Assembly (NCBI GenBank): GCA_037441705.1
Contig: JBBIRR010000024.1
Span: forward strand, 1-64,000
Direction of reading: 5' to 3'
Source: Ignavibacteriales bacterium
GTDB taxonomy: Bacteria; Bacteroidota; Ignavibacteria; UBA10030; UBA6906
Length of the DNA: 64,000 nucleotides
The notes beneath the pieces were generated by a model that saw only the letters and a program-made list of their open reading frames with translations, did no database searches and had not been told where the DNA came from. Position 1 is the first letter of the stretch. Each line of letters opens with the position of its first letter. Below, piece by piece: positions 37,126 through 46,966 of the stretch. A program made the position numbers and the translations under genes.

Positions 37126-38598
37126 TCACCACGAATACCGAATCGTATACGTCACCACTTTCTCTCCATCTTTTGCGATTGTCACGGGGAACTTGATCGT
37201 CGCCTGATCAACCTTTTCCCACTCTGCATTTGTCTTTACAATCTCCCACTCACTCCACCGCCAGGGATGCTCGTACACCTGCACCTCAACAGGCTCGTTT
37301 TTGTGGTTGCGGACTTTGATCTCGATGGTTTCCTCAACAACTCTCCCGCTGGAGATGGACTTGAAATCCTTTTGCACACGCTCGCCGACGAGATCAAAGG
37401 CATTGCCGAGATAGAGTTTCAGCTCTTCGTCTTTCGGGGTGTGGTCAATCTCATCTTCACCGATGAACTGTTCCTTCCCGTCCGTATCGCGCTTGTACAC
37501 GCGTACCTTTCCTTTCGGCAGAGCGATGCCGAGGCCTGACTTCTCATCGTTCCTGAATGTCACGAACACGCCTACTTTCGGATTGGATTGCTGACCGAAG
37601 CTGCCCTGCGAGCGATATGAGTAGTTGTGTGCCCAGTAACGCCAGTTGTCGGCAAGTCCGTCGTAGATGAAGACTTTTTTGGCGGCGACGTTCTTGCTGG
37701 ACGTCAGCTCGATTTGCTTTGTCTCGTTATTCGCCAGATCGGTCTTGCGCTGGAGCGAGTAGAGTTTGTACTCGAACAGTTCCGACTGCGTGAACTGCGG
37801 CCGGGCGGCCTCTGCCGCGGTGGACTTCATCATCATATCATGCTCGAATCGTTGACGCACGAGATTGACATCGCCCGCGACCAACTTCAATCCGGCGTTC
37901 TTGAACGTCGTACCCGAGTTGTTTGTCAACGTCACCCAGCCGGTCAGATCAAGCTTCGAATCGCTCTTGTCCAACACGGCGACATAGTTGCACGACCACG
38001 ACATTTGTCCGGCCAGATAGCTCAGTTCCGTCTTATGCACTCCCTCCTTCGTATTGGAAATGAGCCACTCGAGCTGCGGCCGGAGGATAAGTCCTTCGGG
38101 CAGACTCGGCAAGACGATACGTCCCGCAGGATTGATTTCGATTTTGCCGTTGATCTCGGCAATCATCCCGCCGCTGTATGAAACGTTCCCGAAACCTGTC
38201 GGAAATCCCGTGGCCAGAAGCTTGCCCGTGACCGTGTACTCCTTTTTTGTCGCCTCGTCGAGCCGAATAAACTCGACCTGCTTACCGATGTACTTCTCCA
38301 TCAGCTTGGCCTGACTCACAAGATCGAACTGATAGTTTTGTTCGAGAACTTTCACGGCAGTTGCATCGGTACGACTAACGAAGTGAACGGAGGTTCCGTC
38401 AATCGTGGACGGAATGTCGGGCACCGTCACCCTGCTCACGCCGCGTGCGAGCGTGAACGTACGCTCTTCTCGAATCAACGAAAGATTTTGATTGTAAATG
38501 GTAAGGTCAACCGCTGTGCGCTCGCCCGACGGCCCTGTCTGTGCGTGCACGCCCGTAGCCAGCAGAAGTATGATCGCAATGGCCAATGGTCTTTGCAT
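37126..38598 (-). CDS. DUF4139/DUF4140-domain secreted protein
   Basis: LTIYNQN, VLEQNYQFDL, LVAGDVN, LPKGKVRVY, GEDEIDHTP. Confidence 0.88.
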   Translation of the reverse strand: MQRPLAIAIILLLATGVHAQTGPSGERTAVDLTIYNQNLSLIREERTFTLARGVSRVTVPDIPSTIDGTSVHFVSRTDATAVKVLEQNYQFDLVSQAKLMEKYIGKQVEFIRLDEATKKEYTVTGKLLATGFPTGFGNVSYSGGMIAEINGKIEINPAGRIVLPSLPEGLILRPQLEWLISNTKEGVHKTELSYLAGQMSWSCNYVAVLDKSDSKLDLTGWVTLTNNSGTTFKNAGLKLVAGDVNLVRQRFEHDMMMKSTAAEAARPQFTQSELFEYKLYSLQRKTDLANNETKQIELTSSKNVAAKKVFIYDGLADNWRYWAHNYSYRSQGSFGQQSNPKVGVFVTFRNDEKSGLGIALPKGKVRVYKRDTDGKEQFIGEDEIDHTPKDEELKLYLGNAFDLVGERVQKDFKSISSGRVVEETIEIKVRNHKNEPVEVQVYEHPWRWSEWEIVKTNAEWEKVDQATIKFPVTIAKDGEKVVTYTIRYSW

Positions 38599-38770
38599 GT
38601 CTCTTCTCCTTGTGGATGGTTGATGATAAATCGCCCAACTGTCTTGAGCGGTGAGAGCCGGTACGTTGCATCCGATACTCTTGCGTTCTCAATTTTCCTC
38701 TCACATCAGGAATTGCTATCTTCCATCGTTCACCTCACACCAATTAATGATATTAACAGTCGAAAGGTAA

Positions 38771-39337
38771 ATGGCAGCGTCCCTGCTTTTCCTGAACACC
38801 GACGCCAAGATTCTCGACCTGATTCGCAAGGGGGACGACGAAGGGCTGGTCATGCTCTACAAAGCCAACCGCACACCGATTCTGACGTACGTTCTCCGCA
38901 ACAGCGGGACGGAAGCCGACGCCGAAGACTTGCTGCAGGAGGCATTGATTGTTCTGTGGGAAAGGATACGGACGAATCGGTTCGAATACAACGCTCGGCT
39001 CAGCACGTTCATTTACGCAACCGTCAAGAACATGTGGCGCCGCCGACTTGCGCGCAGCAGGCGCGAGTCGCCCGCCGATATCGAGCAGGATACAGGACAC
39101 ATCGAGAACGCCACGGCATTGGACATCATGATCGAAAGCGAAGAAGCCCGACGCGTGCACGAAGCGTTGGAGCGCCTCGGCGAACCGTGCCGTACGCTCC
39201 TCATCTTGTTTTATTGGGAAGATCGTTCGATGGAGGAGATTGCCGCTGCGCTGCACTTTGCCAACGCTGAGACGGCGAAGTCCAAGAAATATCAATGCAA
39301 GAAGGCCCTGCAACGGTTACTGAAGGAACGGGTGTGA
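38771..39337 (+). CDS. ECF RNA polymerase sigma factor
   Basis: DAEDLLQEA, STFIYATVKNMW, SMEEIA, KSKKYQC. Confidence 0.92.
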   Translation: MAASLLFLNTDAKILDLIRKGDDEGLVMLYKANRTPILTYVLRNSGTEADAEDLLQEALIVLWERIRTNRFEYNARLSTFIYATVKNMWRRRLARSRRESPADIEQDTGHIENATALDIMIESEEARRVHEALERLGEPCRTLLILFYWEDRSMEEIAAALHFANAETAKSKKYQCKKALQRLLKERV

Positions 39338-40350
39338 TGGATGCCGAAGAACGACACTGGACCGAAGACAGCGAGCTTATCGAGCGGTTCGTCCTGAACC
39401 GCCTTGAGCCTGGGGAGCGGAACGAGCTTGAGGATCATCTGCGGATTTGCGAAGTATGCAAGCAAGCCGTTCGCGCTGAGCAACTTCTCATTGCCGGCAT
39501 TCGGCGCAGCGGGCGAGAGCGCTTCAAAGCGGAACTTGCCGCCACACTGAGTGCGGTCGAAGAGTCCAACATTCCCTGGCCTCACATCCTGAGTGCGGTT
39601 GCCGTGGTGGTTATCGTTATTAGCGTTGTGTTCTACAATCGTTGGTTCGAAGTCATAAAGCCTCCGGAGATCGAAAGCGTCATCGAATCATCCGAAGGAC
39701 GGGAAACGAAAGAAGGCGAGCCGTCGCTGAAGCAAAGCCAGGCTGACATTCGGGAAAAACCTTCGCCTGTCGAAGAGCGACAACATCCAAAGCCACCGCA
39801 GCCGAGAAAACCCGCCGCGAGGATCGAGCGACCTGCAGAAACGCCGGCCGCGCGTAACGAACGTCCTGCGGCAGGTGCACGCGCAATTCAGGCCCCAAGA
39901 ATGGAGGCGTCCCGCTCCATGACCTCGACGCTTGCCGCTACTGGTGAACTCTGGCTTGATGCGCACGTTGTCGAGTCCACGGCGGACATGCTGAACGCTC
40001 CTGCAGGAGAAGAGGCACCGGCTCAGCTTTTCAAGCCTGAACAGAAAGAAGGTGAAAGGCCACTGGCAGAGGCGCAGCCAGCGTTCTTTCATCTCAAACA
40101 AGAACCTCTTGCTGCGCTCCCCGCGTCGCGGAGAAAAGCACCGCAGGAGGCACCAACTGTAACGGCCCGCCTTCAGCTGCGGGGCGATACCACCGACGTG
40201 ACGCTCTACCTCGACCCGCCGGTGGCCGCAACCGATCTGGAGCGCGCTCGCATCGAACTGTCCGCCGATTCACTCATCGTCACACTTGCCGATCGGCGCA
40301 TCGTCTGCCCACTGCCGGAAGGCTGGCGCGAGAAGCTGCGACCGAAGTAG
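39337..40350 (+). CDS. zf-HC2 anti-sigma factor
   Basis: HLRICEVC, TM helix, Pro-rich linker; coupled to the sigma gene. Confidence 0.82.
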   Translation: MDAEERHWTEDSELIERFVLNRLEPGERNELEDHLRICEVCKQAVRAEQLLIAGIRRSGRERFKAELAATLSAVEESNIPWPHILSAVAVVVIVISVVFYNRWFEVIKPPEIESVIESSEGRETKEGEPSLKQSQADIREKPSPVEERQHPKPPQPRKPAARIERPAETPAARNERPAAGARAIQAPRMEASRSMTSTLAATGELWLDAHVVESTADMLNAPAGEEAPAQLFKPEQKEGERPLAEAQPAFFHLKQEPLAALPASRRKAPQEAPTVTARLQLRGDTTDVTLYLDPPVAATDLERARIELSADSLIVTLADRRIVCPLPEGWREKLRPK

Positions 40351-40440
40351 CGATCTCCAGCCCGTTCGCACAGCATGACGGGTTTGTTTCTTCGCTCATA
40401 CGTTACTATATTTTCCCAACCTTCATTCCTTCGATATGAC

Positions 40441-41142
40441 ATGAGGTCAGCAATGCGTACCGAGTGGTTGGCGAAGTTCAAAAAGGGGGGAGCCTACGAA
40501 TCATACCTCACACGCGCATGGACCAAGTTTCTGATCTTTGTGGATAAGTACTCCATCATTGTTGCCGGCGTTGTCATCTATCTCTATTTCCTTCTCAGCT
40601 CGTTCAATTACCTGCGCAGCCGTGAATCCATGACGGGGTTCTTCGACTTCATCCTGCAATTCGATTCCATGATTCTGTTGTGGGTCATTGCCGCGGTGGT
40701 CATCCAGTTGCAGAAGTATCGAAAGCAGACGCGTGAGCAGGAAGAATACCGGCAGAAAGTTCAATTGGAATTCGACCGGCAGCGAACCAAGCTGCAAGTC
40801 CTGGATGAAATCACGTCTCTCTTGCAGGACAACATCAACAACCCGCTTGCAATTATCTCCGTCAGCTCGCAGAATCTGCATCGCAAGCACGAAGGGGATG
40901 CGGAAACGGTCGGCTGGCTGGATCGGATAGAGAATGCCTTGCAGCGCGTCCACACCACAATCAACGACATCAAAGCCTATCAGACGCAGAAGATTGTCCA
41001 GGAATCGATGTCGGCGGTAGACGGCGTGCAGCCCGAAACGGCGGACGTGATGGCGAAACTTTCCAGAATCGCAGGGGCAAATGCGAAGATGAGCGAGACC
41101 GAACGTCGCGAGAGTGTTACCGCCGAGAACGCTCAGCTCTAA
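40441..41142 (+). CDS. Membrane protein with degenerate HisKA-like domain
   Basis: Two TM segments, coiled coil, QDNINNPLAII; no HATPase domain. Confidence 0.7.
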   Translation: MRSAMRTEWLAKFKKGGAYESYLTRAWTKFLIFVDKYSIIVAGVVIYLYFLLSSFNYLRSRESMTGFFDFILQFDSMILLWVIAAVVIQLQKYRKQTREQEEYRQKVQLEFDRQRTKLQVLDEITSLLQDNINNPLAIISVSSQNLHRKHEGDAETVGWLDRIENALQRVHTTINDIKAYQTQKIVQESMSAVDGVQPETADVMAKLSRIAGANAKMSETERRESVTAENAQL

Positions 41143-41186
41143 CCAACGCTGAGTAGATCGCCGACGGCACGCTCGTGCCGCTCCGT

Positions 41187-42395
41187 CTACTCGAGCAACT
41201 CCACTTCAACCTTGCTTCCCTTTCGTACGTTCGTGACGTTCTCCGGCAGGATGATGAGACAGTTGGCCTTCCCAAGCGAGCTGACCATGCCTGAGCTTTG
41301 CGATCCCGTTGTTACCACATGCAAGGCGCCGTTGGTCACGGCCGCAATGCCGCGCACGAAGTGACGCTTGCCATCCCGCTTTGTCAGAGGTTCATCCAGG
41401 ATTGCGGTGAGGCGCAAGCGTTCGCGGCCGGTCTGCCCGAGCATGGCAACGAGCGCAGGCCGAACGAATTGAAGAAACGTTACTCCTGTGGAAACAGGAT
41501 TGCCGGGCAAACCAAAGACAAGTGTGCGGTCGAACGTTCCGAACAGCAGCGGCTTTCCGGGCTTGATGTTGACGCGCCAGAACTTGATGTCTACGCCGAG
41601 CTTCTGTAGGACTTCTCCAACGAGATCGTACTTGCCCACCGAAACGCCGCCGGTGATGAGCAGGATATCGCCGTCGAGCCCTCGTTCGATCGCTTTGCGC
41701 AAGCGCCTCTTCTTATCGCCCACAATTCCCAGCAGTCTCGGTTTTCCTCCTGCCTGGCGAACGTAGCCGTGCAGAACGTACGTGCTGCTATTCCGGATTT
41801 GTCCTTCCCGTGGCTTCTCGCGCACCGGCACAAGCTCGTCGCCCGTGGCAAGAATGTTCACTTTTGGTTGCCGCACCACGCTCACTTTCGCGCAGCCGAG
41901 TGCAGCAAGTATCCCCAACCGCGCGGGCGTAAGCACCTCTCCCCTTTTCAGCACACGGGTCTTCTGGCGGATGTCTTCGCCTGCGCGACGAACGTTTGCA
42001 CCGCGGCTCACGGGGCGCTCACATCGGACATGCTGCTCATCCGGCATACTCACAAGTTCGATCGGAACGACGCTATCTGCCCCGGCGGGAATCTTCCCTC
42101 CGGTCATGATGCGAACAGCCTGGCCGGGGCGAAGTTTCGCGCGGAACACGCTTCCCGCGCGTGCCTCACCCACAACGGTCAGCGTCACAGGCTTGCGCGC
42201 AGAGGCACCTGCCAGATCAGCAGCAGCAACAGCAAAGCCATCCATCGAGCTGTTGTCAAACGGCGGAATATCTTCAGCAGCAATGACGTCTTCTGCTAGC
42301 GTGCGTCCGAGGGCATTGCGAAGTTTGATTCGTTCCGCATCGAGCGGCTGCACAACCTTGAGAATAATCGAAAGAGCCTTGTCAGCGTTCAGCAT
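41187..42395 (-). CDS. moeA: Molybdopterin molybdotransferase
   Basis: PPFDNSSMDGFA, IMTGG, TGDEL, TGGVSVG, GLPGNPVS. Confidence 0.95.
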   Translation of the reverse strand: MLNADKALSIILKVVQPLDAERIKLRNALGRTLAEDVIAAEDIPPFDNSSMDGFAVAAADLAGASARKPVTLTVVGEARAGSVFRAKLRPGQAVRIMTGGKIPAGADSVVPIELVSMPDEQHVRCERPVSRGANVRRAGEDIRQKTRVLKRGEVLTPARLGILAALGCAKVSVVRQPKVNILATGDELVPVREKPREGQIRNSSTYVLHGYVRQAGGKPRLLGIVGDKKRRLRKAIERGLDGDILLITGGVSVGKYDLVGEVLQKLGVDIKFWRVNIKPGKPLLFGTFDRTLVFGLPGNPVSTGVTFLQFVRPALVAMLGQTGRERLRLTAILDEPLTKRDGKRHFVRGIAAVTNGALHVVTTGSQSSGMVSSLGKANCLIILPENVTNVRKGSKVEVELLE

Positions 42396-42517
42396 GGCAG
42401 AAGAGATTGCATCATGGTCACCCGTTCCGGATGGAATCTGTTCAATCTTCCTGTCAAATGCAAAACAGGGATGCCGTCAGCAGCATCCCAGCCAACCGCG
42501 TGGCCCGATTTGCTTGC

Positions 42518-42988
42518 TCAGTTCCGGGACGTCCGTCCGCCATGGTCGCCGATCAGCATCCACCTATCGCCCTGTTTCATCAGCACATCCGTCCACCGCC
42601 CGGAGTTGGTTTCTTCCTTCCCGTCGGCGCTCTTTTCAACCGACGTCCAGAAGTAGTGAACGATCGCTACGTTGCCGAAGATCGAAATCTCCGTAGGCGT
42701 GAGATTGGAAAGCAGTACCTTCGAGCTTTTCATGGCATACTCCACGAATTTCCTCACCGTGGCACGATCCGAGGGCACCGGCGCTGTGTATATCCATCCC
42801 CGATAGTCGCTGTGAAAATAACTCATGAACGTCTCAATGTCTCCTTTGTCGAACGCAGCGTTGTACGCTTCGACGGTCTTCCACACTTCCTTCTGTGCTG
42901 CCGACCATTCGTGTGCCCAGGCCGTTGCCCAGAGAAGCAGCAAGCACATGGCCGCAGCGGCGCGACGCAAACTCGTGAAGGATGTCAT
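42518..42988 (-). CDS. Secreted NTF2/SnoaL-like (DUF4440) protein
   Basis: Signal peptide; GNVAIVHY; GRWTDVLMKQGDRW. Confidence 0.8.
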   Translation of the reverse strand: MTSFTSLRRAAAAMCLLLLWATAWAHEWSAAQKEVWKTVEAYNAAFDKGDIETFMSYFHSDYRGWIYTAPVPSDRATVRKFVEYAMKSSKVLLSNLTPTEISIFGNVAIVHYFWTSVEKSADGKEETNSGRWTDVLMKQGDRWMLIGDHGGRTSRN

Positions 42989-43171
42989 GGCGATACCTCC
43001 CATTGTGTTGGTTTATGATGTATGAGATGTGATTTGATGAAGCGTCAACGGAAGTGGAAATGCGAGTCACACAATTTCTCTGACGTACCATACGAAGAAA
43101 CCGTGCCCGGCGGATTGAGGAAGATAGAATAAAGGAGGGATGGAGAACCCAGAATCAACTGAAGAGGGTGA

Positions 43172-43729
43172 TCAGATAGTCATCTGCCGCCGCATCAGTC
43201 GCTCGCACTCCACGCAAAACTCCTCGCCCTTGAGATCAATATCCTCAACATACGTCGAAGTGTGCATAACGCATGCCTGCGAGAGACAGTGCACAAGTCC
43301 GAACGTGTGGCCTACTTCGTGGATAGACTCCTTGATCAACCTGCGGATAAGTAAAGGACGATTCGGTGGGAGACCGTACAGTTCGTTCTGCAATCGGTAG
43401 TACGACGCCACCGCCACCTGTCCGTTGAGTTCCGCCTCGCCAAAGACATACGTCAGTATCGGAATGAAGAGATCGGAACAGGTAATTGCGAGGTACGTTG
43501 CATTGGGTCTTGTATCGGCAGGTTCTCGCGCGATAAACGTGTCATGAATATACTGCAGAATGGAGGTGGAGTTGTACTGACCGCGGTCCGGGTCGTAGAA
43601 ACGTTGCAGCGGGACGTTTCCCTTGGCGAGCACGATATCGGCACGAAATGCTTTCTGGAGGGGGTAGATAAGTTCACGGACAATGCCGATCTCGGCGTTC
43701 CCGATCGGAAGAAGCCGGATCGCCTTCAT
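43172..43729 (-). CDS. Archaemetzincin (M54) zinc protease
   Basis: RGQYNS, DLFIPILTYVFGEA, HEVGHTFGLVHC...CVM...CVEC. Confidence 0.9.
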   Translation of the reverse strand: MKAIRLLPIGNAEIGIVRELIYPLQKAFRADIVLAKGNVPLQRFYDPDRGQYNSTSILQYIHDTFIAREPADTRPNATYLAITCSDLFIPILTYVFGEAELNGQVAVASYYRLQNELYGLPPNRPLLIRRLIKESIHEVGHTFGLVHCLSQACVMHTSTYVEDIDLKGEEFCVECERLMRRQMTI

Positions 43730-45072
43730 CGGTTCCGCTTCAGTCCGAACTTCTCGATCTTGTGATAGAGCGTCACCCGGTCGATGTCGAGGATGGCGGC
43801 AGCACGGCTGATGTTCCATCCCACTTCTTTCAGGATGGTCTCGATGTGCATGCGCTCGACATCCTCCAGCTTTTTGCCGGGGCACGGCACCTGCGACGCT
43901 GTGTGGACAGGAAGGTGATGCTTCTCGATGACCGAGGATGTGGTCACCACCATCGCTCGCTCGATGGCGTTTTCCAGCTCACGCACATTGCCCGGCCAAT
44001 GGTAGGCCTTCAGCGCATGCATGGCCTCAGGACTGAATCCGTGCACGGGTTTACCCATTGCTTTCGAGTACTTCTCGAGGAAGTAATGCGCCAGCTTCGC
44101 GATGTCGCCGCGCCGGGCGCGCAGCGGCGGCAACTGAATCAGGAACACGTTCAACCGGTAGTACAGATCTTCGCGGAAAGTGCCGTCCTTCACCGCCTGC
44201 TCGAGATTCGAGTTCGTCGCACAGATCACGCGAAAATCCGACCGGATCACTTCGCTTCCTCCCACGCGCATGAACTGCTTCGTCTCGATGACGCGCAGAA
44301 GATCCATTTGTGTTTTGGGACTGATATTGCCGATTTCGTCGAGGAACAGCGTGCCGCCATCAGCAAGCTCCACTTTTCCTTTGCGGCGGTACTGTGCTCC
44401 GGTGAAGGCGCCTTTCTCATGGCCGAACAGTTCACTCTCCAGCAGCGTCTCCGTCATGGCCCCGCAATTGACGGTGACGATAGGGAAATACCGGCGTGGA
44501 CTGAGGTTGTGGATTGCGCGGGCGATCAGTTCCTTGCCCGTGCCGCTTTCGCCGCGAATCATAACCGTGGTGTCGGTCGGCGCGACGGTCCGCACCATCT
44601 CCATCACCTTTTTCATTTCTTCCGACTCGCCGATGATTTCATCGTGCCCGACCATTTCGCTGACGATATTCTTGAGCTTGAGGTTCTCGCGCATCAGCGA
44701 CCGTTCCTTCAGCGCTTTGGCGATGAGATGATCCAGATAATCCGGATCGATCGGCTTGGTGATATAGTCGTACGCGCCTTGTTTCAACGCCTTCACTGCG
44801 GTATCCACGCTGGCAAATGCGGTGATAATGATGACAATGATGTCTTTGCTCAGGTCCTTGACGCGCTGCAGCAACTCGATCCCGTCCATCCCCGGCATTT
44901 TGATATCCACCAGCATGATGTCCCAGCACGCGTCGCGGAGTTTCCGCAGAGCCTCGGGCGCGCTTTCAGCCGCATCGGCACGGAATCCGTCCTCACGGAA
45001 CCACTTGGTGAGCGACTCCCGAACAATCAATTCATCATCTACGACTAAAATGCCAACGTCTTGCTTGTCCAT
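43726..45072 (-). CDS. Sigma54-dependent NtrC-family response regulator
   Basis: REC domain, GESGTGKE, GAFTGA, Fis-type HTH. Confidence 0.95.
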   Translation of the reverse strand: MDKQDVGILVVDDELIVRESLTKWFREDGFRADAAESAPEALRKLRDACWDIMLVDIKMPGMDGIELLQRVKDLSKDIIVIIITAFASVDTAVKALKQGAYDYITKPIDPDYLDHLIAKALKERSLMRENLKLKNIVSEMVGHDEIIGESEEMKKVMEMVRTVAPTDTTVMIRGESGTGKELIARAIHNLSPRRYFPIVTVNCGAMTETLLESELFGHEKGAFTGAQYRRKGKVELADGGTLFLDEIGNISPKTQMDLLRVIETKQFMRVGGSEVIRSDFRVICATNSNLEQAVKDGTFREDLYYRLNVFLIQLPPLRARRGDIAKLAHYFLEKYSKAMGKPVHGFSPEAMHALKAYHWPGNVRELENAIERAMVVTTSSVIEKHHLPVHTASQVPCPGKKLEDVERMHIETILKEVGWNISRAAAILDIDRVTLYHKIEKFGLKRNR

Positions 45073-45103
45073 ATTTCACCTGTAAAAGCTTCATTGACCT
45101 CGG

Positions 45104-46759
45104 TTAGGTATTTCCAGCATTGCTTACCTGCGACGGCATCCTGTTCGAAGCTTTGGGCTGCCGACGCGGAAGCGTAATGGTGAACGTTGCTCCTTTCCCC
45201 ACCTGCGACTCTACGTCGATGTGTCCGTGATGCCGCTGCACGATCCCGTACACAATCGAGAGTCCGAGTCCAACGCCCTTCCCTTCCGATTGCGTTGTGA
45301 AGAACGGCTCAAAGATGTGTGACTTCACCTCATCGCTGATGCCGATGCCGTTGTCGGTGACCCGGATGCAGATCATTTCCGGATCAGAGGCCTGTTCCAC
45401 CGAAACCTCCACTTTGCCGGGACACGACCGGTCGCTCCTGCTCGCAACGGCATCCACCGCGTTGCTGACAAGAGCCAGCACAGCCTGTTGAATCTGATTC
45501 GGGTCGCACTCCACCCGATCGTCGGCGAGCGTCTTGCCGGTCAGCTCAACTTCCCGCATTCGCGCATGATGCGACATCAGCAGGACACACCGATCAACGA
45601 TGCTCGAAAGGGAAACAACCTGAAGCGACACGCTTCCCTGGCGTGCAAACACCAGCAGGTTTTTCACGATGGTGCCGCATCGTTGGGCTTCGTCGGCGAC
45701 AAGTTGCAACTCGTTGCAATAGACCTCAAGTTCATCGGGCTGTAAGGAGGACTTCTTCAGACGTTTGATGAGCAGCCGCGCAAACGTGAGAATACCTTCC
45801 AGCGGATTGTTCAACTCGTGCGCAACACTTGAGGCAAGATTCCCCAAGGAAGCCATCTTCTCCACACGCACGATATGACGATGTGCTTTTTCCAGCTCGG
45901 CAGTTTTTTCCTGAACTTTTTGCTCCAACGTATTCGACCACGCCGTCAGCTCCTTGCGCGCTTGCTCAAGGTCGTACGACATTGTATTGAACGTTTTTGC
46001 CAACAATCCAAACTCATCATCCGACGAGGCGTCTAACCGATGCTCGAGAATACCGGACGAGATCATCTGCATGCCTGCAACCAGCTTGCGTACGGGGCGA
46101 CGAATGACGAGCCAGATGAATCCGCCGGAGGTCGCGGCAACAATAAGGGCAGCGGCAATGGAAAGCAGCAGCAACTGCGTCTTTGCTGCACTCATCTGCT
46201 GATCAATCTGTGCAAGCGACATCTTCACATCAAGGACCCCGAGGATGGTTTTCTCCGGAGGATGGGCATGACACGCGGCATCCGAGCACTGTCGCTCGTT
46301 GCGGATAGGCGTAATCAAACCCAGCACGCGCTGACCGTTGGGCTTGGTGAAGATGCGCGACAGTTTCCCCTGCGGAGGTTGAGCATGCGCAAGCTCCTGA
46401 CCGGCATGGCAACTGATGCACGCCTCGGCATTCACATCCACGCGCGAATGAATGTCGGACGAAACGGTCGCAAAGACCACCTCACCGATCTTGTTGTAGA
46501 TGCGGATGCCTTCCATGCCCGGCTCATCGCCCACGGCAGCCACGATGTGTTGGACCTCTTCCTTCCTGTTCAGCAGCATGCTGTGGCGCGTCGATCGTGC
46601 GATCACGTCGCTCACGCGTTGTGCGCTCAACTCAACATGCTCCATCAGATGCGTCTGCTGGACGTCCACCGTGGCAATAGCCAATGCGCCCAGCACAAAC
46701 GTCTGCACGGAAGCAATGATGAGAAACAGGCGGAAGGCAATGGTTTTCGTAAGTCGCAC
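45104..46759 (-). CDS. Sensor histidine kinase with periplasmic heme-c motif and HAMP domain
   Basis: CISCH, CSDAACH, HELNNPL, DNGIG, GVGLGL. Confidence 0.92.
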   Translation of the reverse strand: MRLTKTIAFRLFLIIASVQTFVLGALAIATVDVQQTHLMEHVELSAQRVSDVIARSTRHSMLLNRKEEVQHIVAAVGDEPGMEGIRIYNKIGEVVFATVSSDIHSRVDVNAEACISCHAGQELAHAQPPQGKLSRIFTKPNGQRVLGLITPIRNERQCSDAACHAHPPEKTILGVLDVKMSLAQIDQQMSAAKTQLLLLSIAAALIVAATSGGFIWLVIRRPVRKLVAGMQMISSGILEHRLDASSDDEFGLLAKTFNTMSYDLEQARKELTAWSNTLEQKVQEKTAELEKAHRHIVRVEKMASLGNLASSVAHELNNPLEGILTFARLLIKRLKKSSLQPDELEVYCNELQLVADEAQRCGTIVKNLLVFARQGSVSLQVVSLSSIVDRCVLLMSHHARMREVELTGKTLADDRVECDPNQIQQAVLALVSNAVDAVASRSDRSCPGKVEVSVEQASDPEMICIRVTDNGIGISDEVKSHIFEPFFTTQSEGKGVGLGLSIVYGIVQRHHGHIDVESQVGKGATFTITLPRRQPKASNRMPSQVSNAGNT

Positions 46760-46966
46760 GGGCGTTCCGGCATGTCGGATTTTTCCACGTTGAGAAAACT
46801 CACGTTACATGCCACCGTGTCAGGAAAAGAGTGGCTGAAATATTAGATTTTCTTCAAAGGTGGGATCGCCACACTGCTACCTTCTGTCGGATTTTCCTAC
46901 AGTTGGGAAAGATTTACTACGGAAGGGAATGCGTGAAGCGGCTAAGCTTCCGCTGCCTCCTGCACG

